Assembly: GCA_963720545.1 (NCBI GenBank)
Contig: OY970399.1
Location: 768,001-832,000, forward strand
DNA length: 64,000 bases
Source of the DNA: an uncultured Acidobacteriota bacterium
Lineage (GTDB): Bacteria; Acidobacteriota; Vicinamibacteria; Fen-336
Reading direction: 5' to 3'
Shown: piece after piece, positions 26,375 to 39,663 of the stretch
Layout: each line of letters opens with the position of its first letter
How positions within the stretch are numbered: position 1 is the first letter of the stretch
Program-made: the position numbers and the translations under genes
Notes under the pieces: model-generated
Database searches by the model: none
Told to the model about the DNA's origin: nothing
The model's input: the letters and a program-made list of their open reading frames with translations, nothing else

Positions 26375-26383
26375 GCGCAGGCG

Positions 26384-28285
26384 ATGACCACCACACCGCC
26401 GGTTCCGCCGCAGCCGCCCGAACCGGAAGAACTCGCCGGCCGTTACCAGATCGTCAGCAAGCTGGGGGCCGGCGCCTTCGGCACGGTGCACAAGGCGAAG
26501 GACAAGATTCTCGGCCGCATGATCGCGGTCAAGACCATCCGCTTCGACGGCCTGGCCGCTTCCGGCGAGGGCCGCAACGAGCTGATGGCGCGCTTCCGGC
26601 GCGAGGCGCAGGTGTCGGCACAGCTGCGCCACCCGAACGTGGTCACGATCTACGACGTCGGCGAGGATGCGGGCGTCAGCTACATCGCCATGGAGTTCAT
26701 CGACGGCGTCGGCCTCGACAAGGTCATCCAGGGGCACGGCGCGCTGCCGGTGGAGCGTGCGGCGTCGATCGCGGCGCAGGTGGCCGACGCCCTCGACTAC
26801 GCGCACCGCCACGGCGTGGTGCACCGCGACATCAAGCCGGCGAACATCATGATCGAGGACGGCGACCGTGTGAAGGTCGCCGATTTCGGCATCGCCAAGT
26901 CGATGAACTCGGGCGAGAACCTCACCATGACCGGGGGCCTGCTGGGCACGCCGTCCTACATGAGCCCCGAGCAGGCGCGCGGCGGCGAGATCGACGGGCG
27001 CACCGACCTGTTCGCGCTCGGCTGCATCCTTTACGAGATGCTCGCCGGCCACAAGGCGTTCCGCGGCGACTCGGTGACCGCCCTCATCTTCAAGATCCTG
27101 AGCGAGCATCCCGAACCGCTGAGCAAGGTCGGCCCGCATCTGCCGCCCGCGATCATCGCGGCGGCCGAGAAGGCGATCGACAAGGATCCGGCGAAGCGCT
27201 ACCAGACCGGCCGTGAATTCGCCGACGACCTGAAGCGCCTCACGCAGCCCGGCGTGACGCCGACGCTGCGCCAGCGGGAGCTGCCGACGGCGCCGGTGCG
27301 CAGCCTGGCCGGCACTGCCACCTCGCCGGCGTACACGCCGGCGACCATCATCTCGCCGGAGGCGCAGGCGCTGTCGGCCGCGGCGCCTACGGTACTCGGG
27401 GCGGCGCCGACGGTCGTCAGCAGCCCGCCGCCGCTGCCGCGCTCCGATGCCCCGCCGCAGCCCGTGCCCGTGCGCCGCGGCGGGGGTGCAATGCTGGTGG
27501 CCGGACTGGGCCTCGCCGCGCTGCTGGTGCTCGCGGTCATCGGCGCCGTCGCGTGGAAATTCATGAGCGGCCGCGGCGCCTCCACGACCACCACGGCGGA
27601 AGCAAGCCCGGTGCCCGACGCCGTGCCGTCAACCGCACAGGCTGCGCCGGCCGCGCACCCAACCGCAGCCGCAAGCGAAGCACCCGCGCCGCCATCAGCC
27701 GCACCGGGCGTCGCCAATGAGCCCGCCGCCGCTACGCAGCTGCAGCAGCCGCCTGTGCCCGCGGCCGCACCGAGCCGGGCGCCCGTGAGCGCCACCCGGC
27801 CGGCACCGCCGGCCGCGAACGTGAACGACCCGGCGCCGGCTCAAGCCCGCGCCCACACCGCCGAGCCCGAGCCGGACGGCGGCGACGATTTCACCGAGCT
27901 CGATCGCCAACCGGGCGACCTCGTCGACGGTTCGGAGGCCGGCCGGCGCGCAGCCGAGGCATACCGCTCGGGCAGCAGCGGCACCTACCGCACGCCGCTG
28001 CGCGCCAGGAACCCGATCCCGCAGGGGCTGCTTGCGCCCGAGGCCCGGGTCGCAGTCAACCTCTACAACCTGGCGATGCTGCAGGAGGAGTTCCGCCGCC
28101 GTGAGGGCCATTACGCGGCGCTGCCGGAACTGCTTGCTTCGCGCCGCCTGGGTCGCTGGATGCCGCGCGGCTACCGGCTCGACGCGCGCATCGGCGAGGA
28201 AGAGTTCGAGATCACGGCAGAGCCGCAGAGCCCCGGCCTGCGCGCGTTGTCGGTGGACGAAACCCGCCTCGTGCGCCTGCGCTAG
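26384..28285 (+). CDS. Membrane Ser/Thr protein kinase with a C-terminal pilin-head-like domain
   Basis: GAGAFG, HRDIKPAN, DFG and YMSPE; TM LVAGLGLAALLVLAVIGAVAW; Pro/Ala linker; about 80-aa terminal domain. Confidence 0.9.
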   Translation: MTTTPPVPPQPPEPEELAGRYQIVSKLGAGAFGTVHKAKDKILGRMIAVKTIRFDGLAASGEGRNELMARFRREAQVSAQLRHPNVVTIYDVGEDAGVSYIAMEFIDGVGLDKVIQGHGALPVERAASIAAQVADALDYAHRHGVVHRDIKPANIMIEDGDRVKVADFGIAKSMNSGENLTMTGGLLGTPSYMSPEQARGGEIDGRTDLFALGCILYEMLAGHKAFRGDSVTALIFKILSEHPEPLSKVGPHLPPAIIAAAEKAIDKDPAKRYQTGREFADDLKRLTQPGVTPTLRQRELPTAPVRSLAGTATSPAYTPATIISPEAQALSAAAPTVLGAAPTVVSSPPPLPRSDAPPQPVPVRRGGGAMLVAGLGLAALLVLAVIGAVAWKFMSGRGASTTTTAEASPVPDAVPSTAQAAPAAHPTAAASEAPAPPSAAPGVANEPAAATQLQQPPVPAAAPSRAPVSATRPAPPAANVNDPAPAQARAHTAEPEPDGGDDFTELDRQPGDLVDGSEAGRRAAEAYRSGSSGTYRTPLRARNPIPQGLLAPEARVAVNLYNLAMLQEEFRRREGHYAALPELLASRRLGRWMPRGYRLDARIGEEEFEITAEPQSPGLRALSVDETRLVRLR

Positions 28286-28302
28286 CTGGCGCGAGGCCGC
28301 GC

Positions 28303-28839
28303 TCAGAACTTTTCCGGCCGCGCGCGCTCCAGGTAGACCGCTACTTCGCTGAACAGCTCCTCGGCCCTCTTCACGTCCGCGGCCGTGAAGTCCGGCCCGG
28401 CCGCGGCGCGGTTCTCGCCCTTGCGGCTGATCTGCGCCACGCCGATGGCGTTACCGTTGCTGATGATCGGCACCGACACCATCTTCTGGATCGGCAGCGG
28501 CCGCTCGCGGATGCGGATGCTCTCGAACAGCGCGAAGTGGCGCACCATCGGCACGTTGTTGTGCGCCTCGCCGGTGCGGCGGTGCAGCGTGGTCACGGCG
28601 ATCGCGTCGCGGTTGGTGAGCGGGATCATCGCGACGTTCGTGAACTGCCGCGGCGCCACGAAGCGCAGCTGGCCGCCGTCAGCGCGCAGCATCATGATGG
28701 CAACCTCGTCGTTCTTCACGCCGAAGGCCTTGCTGGCGCGCTTCACGATCATCTCCGCGACGTCGAAGAAGAGCGCGTCGGGGTCGGTGCTGCCGCGCGC
28801 CTTCGTTATGGCTTCGAGGATCTCGATGAGGTCGTCCAC
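28303..28839 (-). CDS. Stand-alone GAF-domain protein
   Basis: MVSVPIISNGNAIGVAQISRK...FTAAD GAF C-terminal pattern; GTG start 19 bp after the histidine kinase stop. Confidence 0.75.
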   Translation of the reverse strand: MDDLIEILEAITKARGSTDPDALFFDVAEMIVKRASKAFGVKNDEVAIMMLRADGGQLRFVAPRQFTNVAMIPLTNRDAIAVTTLHRRTGEAHNNVPMVRHFALFESIRIRERPLPIQKMVSVPIISNGNAIGVAQISRKGENRAAAGPDFTAADVKRAEELFSEVAVYLERARPEKF

Positions 28840-28858
28840 TGGTGGCTTGCAGCGCTCG

Positions 28859-32542
<3,684 letters not shown>

Positions 32543-32552
32543 GTTTTGGATG

Positions 32553-33935
32553 CTAACGCAATACGCTCCGGTTGAGGCTCCAGGCAGCCGCCAACGTGGC
32601 CGAAAACACGACGACGGCGAGCCCGATGGCGGCTGGCAACGGCAATGAAGCGGCTCCCCACCAAGCGGCGAACGCGCAGGGGGCGGCAAGGACGAGCGCA
32701 ATCGCCAGCGGCCGGAGGATGGGCACCGCGAAGCCACCGCGGCGGCAGGCCACGGCGTTCATCGCACAGCAGACGGTTTCGGCGCACAGGAACCCGAAAG
32801 CGGCGCCCCGCGGCCCGAAACGCGGCAACAATGCGGCGGCGAGGAGGGCCGCCACCGCCACACGCAGCGCCGTCAAGCGCGGCACCCACGAGGCATGGCC
32901 GGCGGCGATCAGGCACTGAAGGAGCAGGGCGTTCAGGAACAGCGGCACGACGGCAAGCCCGAGGAGCCGTAGCGCCGGCGCGGCGGGGGCGAAGCCGGTT
33001 CCCAGCAGGCGCAGCAGCTGCGGCGCCACGAGGAACAGGCCGGCCGCCGCGGGTGCCGCCAGCACGGCGACCGTCAGGACGGTGCGCCGGCGGGCGGAGT
33101 CGCCGCCATGGAGCGATTCGCGAGTCAAGGACGGCAGTGCTCCGGCGGCGATCGCGGTGGGCACCGAGAGGAGCGGCTCCACCAGCCGATGGGCGCCGGC
33201 GAAGAGACCCGCGTCCGCTGCGCCGCGAAAGAAAGGCAGCGCGAGGAGTTCGACCTTGGTGCTGAGCAGGGCCAGCGGGCCGTTGACACCCAGCGGCAGC
33301 GCGGCGCGCAGCACGCTGCGCACCCCGTGCGGCGCGACCGGCGGCGTGGGACCCGCGGTGCGCGACAGCAGCAGGAAACCGAGCGCCACCGCCGGCGCGG
33401 TGGCGGCGACGAACGCGGCGGCGACGACACCGAGCGTCGGGTTGCGGAGCGCGCAGACGACGCCGACGAGCCCGAACAGGCGCAGAGCGAAGAGCAGCAC
33501 GCCCTCCTGCACCGGCTCACCGCGCGCGCGCAGCGCGACGCCGAGGAATTCGGTCCAGTTGGCGAGCAGGAAGTAGACGAACAGCAGCCCGAGCACGGGC
33601 AGGAACGCCATCAGCAGGACCGCCGCGACGAGGCACACGGCGAACAGCACGGAGCGCGCGCGCAGGAAGTCGCCGAGTGCGAATTGCCGGGCGACGAGAG
33701 CCCGGGCGGTCAGCGCCTGCAGGCCGAGGTCGGAGGCTTCCGCCAGGATCGAGGCGATGACGAACATCCAGACGAAGGAGCCGAAGTCGGCAAGCGACAG
33801 CCGCCGCGCCAGGAGGATGGTGCCGACAAACGACAGGCCGCGGCTCAGGACCTCGGCCGCGAGCCGCACGAAGCTGCCAAACGTTGCCGCGCGCTCGGCC
33901 TCGCCGGCTGCCACTGGCGCCGCCGCGCCACTCAT
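32553..33935 (-). CDS. Wzx/MOP-superfamily oligosaccharide flippase
   Basis: About 12-14 hydrophobic segments; LARRLSLADFG, DLGL and AGLFAGAHRL patterns. Confidence 0.75.
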   Translation of the reverse strand: MSGAAAPVAAGEAERAATFGSFVRLAAEVLSRGLSFVGTILLARRLSLADFGSFVWMFVIASILAEASDLGLQALTARALVARQFALGDFLRARSVLFAVCLVAAVLLMAFLPVLGLLFVYFLLANWTEFLGVALRARGEPVQEGVLLFALRLFGLVGVVCALRNPTLGVVAAAFVAATAPAVALGFLLLSRTAGPTPPVAPHGVRSVLRAALPLGVNGPLALLSTKVELLALPFFRGAADAGLFAGAHRLVEPLLSVPTAIAAGALPSLTRESLHGGDSARRRTVLTVAVLAAPAAAGLFLVAPQLLRLLGTGFAPAAPALRLLGLAVVPLFLNALLLQCLIAAGHASWVPRLTALRVAVAALLAAALLPRFGPRGAAFGFLCAETVCCAMNAVACRRGGFAVPILRPLAIALVLAAPCAFAAWWGAASLPLPAAIGLAVVVFSATLAAAWSLNRSVLR

Positions 33936-34037
33936 AGGTGCTTCATTTGTAGGGGTTTGCAGCCGCGTGTTAGCATTTTCACTTCGCGCCGCAACGATAC
34001 CTCAAGGCCCACGGCTACCTTCAATTTCAACGAACGC

Positions 34038-36855
34038 ATGAACCAGGTCACCGACCTTCGCGCGTCGCTCAACCTGCCGCGCACCGACTTTCCCATGAAG
34101 GCCAACCTTCCCGAGGCGGAGCCGCGCCGGCTCGAGCGCTGGCGGGCCATGGGGCTGAACGAAAAGATCCGTGAGGCGCGCCGCGGCTGCGAAACCTTCA
34201 TCCTGCACGACGGTCCGCCGTACGCGAACGGCCACCTCCACATCGGTCACGTCGTCAACAAGGTGCTGAAGGACCTCATGGTCCGCAGCCGCTCGATGGC
34301 CGGCTTCAACGCGCCCTACATCCCGGGCTGGGACTGCCACGGCCTGCCGATCGAGATCCAGGTGGACAAGGACCTCGGCGCGAAGAAGCACGCCATGTCG
34401 CCCGTCGCGTTCCGCAAGGCGTGCCGCGAGTATGCGGACAAGTTCGTCAACATCCAGCGCGACGAGTTCATGCGGCTCGGCGTCGGCGGTGAATGGGACC
34501 GGCCCTACAAGACGATGGACCCCGAGTATCAGGGCGACATCGTGCGCGAGCTCGCCACCTTCATCGACCGCGGCCTCGTCTACCGCGCGAGGAAGTCGGT
34601 GCACTGGTGCATCACCGACCGGACGGCGCTTGCCGAGGCGGAAGTCGAGTACGACGAGAACCACCAGAGCCCCACCGTCGACGTCGCCTTTGCGCTGCGG
34701 CCCGAGGACGCGGCGAAGCTTGCGGTCGCGCTTCCCCGCCCTTGCCGGCAAGGACGTGAGCGCCGTCATCTGGACGACGACGCCATGGACCCTGCCCGCG
34801 AACCGCGCGGTCGCCTTCCATCCCGACTACGAGTACGGCTTCTATCCCGTGACGGGCACGAACCGCGTGCTGGTCGTCGCCCGCGCGCTGCGCGAGGCGA
34901 CCGCGGCGCGGCTGGCGAAAGACGCTGCACGGCCGAGCGTTCTGGCCGTGGAGCCGCTGGCGCTCGCGAGCGGCGCGAGCCTCGAGGGGCTGCGCTTCCG
35001 CCATCCGTGGCTCGACCAGGATTCGCCCGCCGTGCTCGCCGGCTACGTCACCGCGGAGGCGGGCACCGGAGTGGTGCACACGGCACCCGGCCACGGCGCC
35101 GACGACTACATCACCGGCGTCAAGTACGGCCTCGAGATCTATTGCCCGGTGGACGAGTCGGGGCGCTTCCTTCCCGAAGTCGAGCACTTCGCCGGGCAGC
35201 GCGTGTTCGACGCCAACCCCGTCATCGTCGCCTTCCTCGGCGAGCGCGGCGCGCTGCTCGCGCACGACCAGCTGCGCCACTCGTACCCGGTGTGCTGGCG
35301 CTGCAAGCGGCCGATCATCTTCCGGGCCACCGAACAGTGGTTCATCGGCATGGACCGCGGCGGCTTCCGTGAGCAGGCGCTCGCCGCGATCGACAAGGTC
35401 GAGTGGTATCCGGCGTGGGGCCGGGAGCGCATGCACAACATGATCGCGAGCCGCCCCGACTGGTGCATCTCGCGGCAGCGGCTGTGGGGCGTGCCGATCC
35501 CGGCGTTCTATTGCAACAATTGCAGCGCGGTGCTGCTGAGCGGCGACACCGCGCGCGCGGTGGCCGACATCTTCGCGAAGGAAACCGCCGATGCCTGGTG
35601 GTTGCGCGAGGCCGCCGACCTGGTGCCCGCCGGCACCAGGTGCACGGCATGCGGCGGCAGCGAGTTCACGAAGGAGCACGACATCCTCGACGTCTGGTTC
35701 GATTCCGGCTCTTCGCAGGCGGCGGTGCTGGCGCGGCGCAGCGAACTGCGCTGGCCCGCCGACATGTACCTCGAGGGCAGCGACCAGCACCGCGGCTACT
35801 TTCACTCGTCGCTGCTCATCGGCGTCGGCACGCGCGGGCAGGCGCCGTTCGGCGCGGTGGTGACGCACGGCTTCGCGGTGGACAGCGAAGGCCGCAAGAT
35901 GTCGAAGAGCCTCGGCAACGTCGTCGATCCGCTGAAGACCCTGAAACAGTACGGCGCCGAGATCCTGCGCCTCTGGGTCACGATGGTCGACTACCGCGAG
36001 GACATGCGCATCTCGGACGAGATGGTGGCGCGCGCCGCGGAGGCGTATCGCAAGATGCGCAACACCTGCCGCTACCTGCTCTCGAACCTCGACGGCTTCG
36101 ACGCGGCACAGGACGCGGCGCCGGAGGCGAAGCTCGAGGAGATAGACGCCTACGCGCTGGCGCGCTTTCGCCAGGTGGCAGCGCGGGTGCGCGCCGGCTA
36201 CGACACGTACGAGCTGCACGTCGTCTACCATGAGCTGCTGAAGTACTGCGCCTCGGACCTCTCGTCCTTCTATCTCGACGTGCTGAAGGACCGGCTCTAC
36301 TGCGAACCCGCGCAGAGCCCGCAGCGGCGCTCCGCCCAGACGGTGCTGCACACCGTGGTCGACGGCATGGCGCGCCTGCTGGCACCGATCCTGCCGTTCA
36401 CGGCCGACGAGATCTACTGCGCGATGGCTGGCCGCGCCGACGCGTCGGTGCACGCCGCGCTCTTCCCGGCCACCACCGCTCCCGATGAACGGCTCATCGC
36501 GCGCTGGCAGCCGCTGCTCGAAGTGCGCGCGGCGGTCACCAAGGCGCTCGAGGAAGCGCGGGCGGCCAAGGACATCGCCTCGAGCCAGGAGGCACGGGTC
36601 GAGATCGCGGCACCCGCGGCGGTCGTCGCGCGGCTCGCCGAGTACCAGGGCGGCGACATCTCGTTCCCCGGCCGGCTGGCGAGCCTGTTCATGGTGAGCT
36701 CGGTGCGCGTTTCAGAAGGCCCCGCGACCGCGGTGCGCGTGCTGCGCGCCGCAGGCTCGAAGTGCGAGCGCTGCTGGAACTATTCGACCAAAGTGGGCGC
36801 CGCGGCGGCGCATCCATCGGTGTGCGAGCGCTGCGCCGCGGTGCTCGCCTCATGA
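34038..36855 (+). CDS. ileS: Isoleucine--tRNA ligase (type 1), interrupted by one +1 frameshift near 34724-34737
   Basis: First frame: LNLPRTDFPMKANL, HDGPPYANG.LHIGH, GWDCHGLPIE. Second frame: WTTTPWTLPAN, GTGVVHTAPGHG, DWCISRQR, KMSKS and C-terminal CERC..CERC. Confidence 0.93.
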
Positions 36856-37370
36856 TCGCCGCGCGCCGCGGTTACTGGCTCATCGCGCTCCTGGTCGTGT
36901 GCCTCGACCAGCTGACCAAGTGGCTGGTGGAGCGCACCCTGCCGCTGCACCACGACCGGCCCATCATCGGCGGCTTCCTGAGCCTGCAGTACGTGCGCAA
37001 CGAGGGCGCCGCGTTCGGCATACTGTCGAACGCCGACCTGCCTTTCCAGGGAGTGCTGCTGTCGATCGTGGCGGCGGTCGCACTCGGCGCCATCGTCGTC
37101 TATGCCCTGCGCCTCAACCCGGCGCACAAGCTGGCGCAGCTGGCGCTGGCGCTGGTGATGGGCGGCGCGGTCGGCAACCTGCTCGACCGCGCGCGCTTCG
37201 GCTACGTCATCGACTTCGTCCTCGTCTATTGGCGCGAGCATCGCTGGCCCAACTTCAACGTCGCCGACTCCGCCATCAGCATCGGCATCTGCCTGCTGGT
37301 GCTCGACATCATCCGCTCGCCGGAAGCGAAGCGCGAAACCGACCTGGGCGCGACGGCGCCGCGCGGTTAA
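36852..37370 (+). CDS. lspA: Signal peptidase II
   Basis: DQLTK, N.GAAF, GNLLDR, VIDF and FNVAD; ATGA overlap with ileS. Confidence 0.96.
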   Translation: MIAARRGYWLIALLVVCLDQLTKWLVERTLPLHHDRPIIGGFLSLQYVRNEGAAFGILSNADLPFQGVLLSIVAAVALGAIVVYALRLNPAHKLAQLALALVMGGAVGNLLDRARFGYVIDFVLVYWREHRWPNFNVADSAISIGICLLVLDIIRSPEAKRETDLGATAPRG

Positions 37371-37383
37371 GGAAAGGACGCGC

Positions 37384-38178
37384 ATGTTCCCGAAGATCGC
37401 GACGCTTGGCCCGTTCACACTGCACACCTACGGCCTGCTGCTGGCGGTTGCCTTCCTGGTGGCGCTCTGGGTGGTCGCGCGCGAGGCGCGCCGCACCGGC
37501 CTCGACCCCGCGCGCATCACCGACCTGTCGATCTACGTGCTGCTCGCGGGCCTGGTGGGCGCGCGAGTGCTGCTGGTGGCCGTCGACTGGAGCCGCATCG
37601 ACTGGAACTGGCGCGACCTCCTCAACCTGCTGCAAAGCGGCGGCGTCTTCTACGGCGGCCTGCTGGGCGCGCTGCCGGTCGCGTGGTGGTATGTCCGCCG
37701 CCACCGCCTGCCGGGCTGGGCCACCGCGGACGTGCTGATCCCCGGCGTCGCCATCGGCCAGTCGATCGGCCGCCTCGGCTGCCTGTGCGCGGGCTGTTGT
37801 TACGGGCGGCCCACCGACGTGCCGTGGGCGATCACGTTCCGCAACGTCACCGCCAACCGCGAGATCGGCACGCCGCTCGACGTGCCCATCCACCCAACGC
37901 AGATCTACGAGTCGCTCGCGACGCTGGGCATCTTCTTCGTCCTGCTGGCGGTCGCGCGCCGCAAGAAGTTCGACGGCCAGGTCCTGCTCACCTATCTGGC
38001 ACTCTACGCGGTGGCGCGCTTCGTCATCGAGATCTACCGCGGCGATGCCGCCCGCGGCACGGTCTTCTCCGGACTGATGAGCACGTCGCAGCTCATCGCC
38101 GTCGTGATGTTCTTCGCCGCCCTCGTCCTGCTGCCGGTCCTGGCGAAGAAGGGCCGCGTTGGTACCCGCACCGCCTGA
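37384..38178 (+). CDS. lgt: Prolipoprotein diacylglyceryl transferase
   Basis: TYG, GAR, GG.FYGG, GRLGC..AGCCYG, HPTQIYE and RF.IE..R.D. Confidence 0.93.
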   Translation: MFPKIATLGPFTLHTYGLLLAVAFLVALWVVAREARRTGLDPARITDLSIYVLLAGLVGARVLLVAVDWSRIDWNWRDLLNLLQSGGVFYGGLLGALPVAWWYVRRHRLPGWATADVLIPGVAIGQSIGRLGCLCAGCCYGRPTDVPWAITFRNVTANREIGTPLDVPIHPTQIYESLATLGIFFVLLAVARRKKFDGQVLLTYLALYAVARFVIEIYRGDAARGTVFSGLMSTSQLIAVVMFFAALVLLPVLAKKGRVGTRTA

Positions 38179-39118
38179 GCGGCTGACTATCGGCGCGGAC
38201 GCCGACGGGCTGCGCTTCGACGTCGCGCTCGCGCGCCTGTTTCCGCAGCTCAGCCGTTCGCGGCTGCGCGCATTGATCGACTCGGGCGACGCGCGGGTGG
38301 ACGGCGCCATGCTGCGCGCGTCGGCCAAGGTGCGCGCCGGCCAGGAGCTGAGCGTCGCGATCCCGCCGCTGCAGCCGGCCGATCCGGCGGCCGAAGACCT
38401 GCCGCTCGGCATCGTGTACGAGGACGAAGACCTGCTGGTGCTCGACAAGCCCGCCGGGCTCGTCGTCCATCCGGGCGCCGGGCGCAGCACCGGCACGCTC
38501 GTTAACGCGCTGTTGCACCACGTCAAGGACCTGTCCGGCATCGGCGGTGTCGCTCGTCCCGGCATCGTGCACCGGCTCGACTCGGGCACCTCCGGCCTCA
38601 TCGTGGTGGCCAAGAACGACACAGCCCACCGCAGCCTCGCTGCGCAGTTCGAGGCGCGCACGGTCGCGAAGGAGTACCTCTCGGTGGTCCACGGCCGTCC
38701 CGAGCGCGACCGCGGCACGATCGATGCGCCGATCGCCCGCGACCCGCGCCATCGCCAGAAGATGTCGGTGGCGCGCACCGGCGGCCGGGCAGCGCGGTCG
38801 TCCTACGTGGTGAAGCGGGCGCTCGACGGCGCCAGCCTGGTGAGCGTCGCGATCCACACCGGCCGGACTCACCAGATCCGCGTTCACATGGCCCACCTGG
38901 GGTGCCCGGTGGTCGGCGACCGCACGTACGGCGGGGCGCGCGAACCCGCCTCGCGCAGCCCGGCGGCCCGCGACCTCATCCGCACCTTCCCTCGCCCCGC
39001 CCTGCACGCGGCCCGGCTCGAGTTCGCGCACCCGCGCACGGGGGCGCGCGCGAGCTTCGAAAGCCCTCTCCCCGGGGACATGCAAAGGCTTGTCGAGGGG
39101 CTCGGAACCTTGAAGTAG
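38159..39118 (+). CDS. rluD: RluA-family pseudouridine synthase (RluD-like, with S4 domain)
   Basis: KPAGLVVHP, GIVHRLD, TGRTHQIRVH and ALHA; start uncertain. Confidence 0.9.
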   Translation: MVPAPPERLTIGADADGLRFDVALARLFPQLSRSRLRALIDSGDARVDGAMLRASAKVRAGQELSVAIPPLQPADPAAEDLPLGIVYEDEDLLVLDKPAGLVVHPGAGRSTGTLVNALLHHVKDLSGIGGVARPGIVHRLDSGTSGLIVVAKNDTAHRSLAAQFEARTVAKEYLSVVHGRPERDRGTIDAPIARDPRHRQKMSVARTGGRAARSSYVVKRALDGASLVSVAIHTGRTHQIRVHMAHLGCPVVGDRTYGGAREPASRSPAARDLIRTFPRPALHAARLEFAHPRTGARASFESPLPGDMQRLVEGLGTLK

Positions 39119-39132
39119 CATCGATTCACTCC

Positions 39133-39657
39133 ATGGCGACGCGGAAACTCAGCGGCAGGCGCGTCTTTTCGGGCAGCGTCCTCGATCTGGACGTCGACCA
39201 GGTGGAAGAGCCGGGCGGCGTGCGCGCGGCGCGCGAAGTGGTGCGGCACCGCGGCTCGGTCGCGGCGCTGCCGGTGCACGACGACGGCCGCATCGTGCTG
39301 GTGCGCCAGTACCGTTATCCGGTCGACGAGAGCGTCTGGGAACTGCCGGCCGGCCGGCGCGAGCCGGGTGAGACCGCGGCGGCGGGTGCGCTGCGCGAAC
39401 TGGAGGAGGAGGCGGGACTCGCCGGCGCCCAGGCCGAGGAGCTGTCCTTCTTCTATACGACGCCCGGATTCTGCGACGAGAGCATGACCATCTTTCGCGT
39501 CACCGGCCTCACCGCGGTCACGGCGCGCCCGGAAGCCGACGAACGCATCGAAATCGGCACGTTCACCCTGGCGCAGGCGCGCGCCATGATCGCAACCGGC
39601 GAGATTCGCGAAGGCAAGACGCTCGTGGCACTGCTGCTCGAAAGCCTGCGGGACTAG
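39133..39657 (+). CDS. NUDIX hydrolase (ADP-ribose pyrophosphatase-like)
   Basis: REVVRH.G, LVRQYRYP and the Nudix box ELPAG...RELEEEAG. Confidence 0.9.
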   Translation: MATRKLSGRRVFSGSVLDLDVDQVEEPGGVRAAREVVRHRGSVAALPVHDDGRIVLVRQYRYPVDESVWELPAGRREPGETAAAGALRELEEEAGLAGAQAEELSFFYTTPGFCDESMTIFRVTGLTAVTARPEADERIEIGTFTLAQARAMIATGEIREGKTLVALLLESLRD

Positions 39658-39663
39658 GCGGCG

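Noticed and set aside
33936..34037. T-box or riboswitch upstream of ileS; SAM or cobalamin riboswitch near metH
   Set aside because: The intergenic spaces are too short and I could not find T-box, SAM-I or B12-box motifs.
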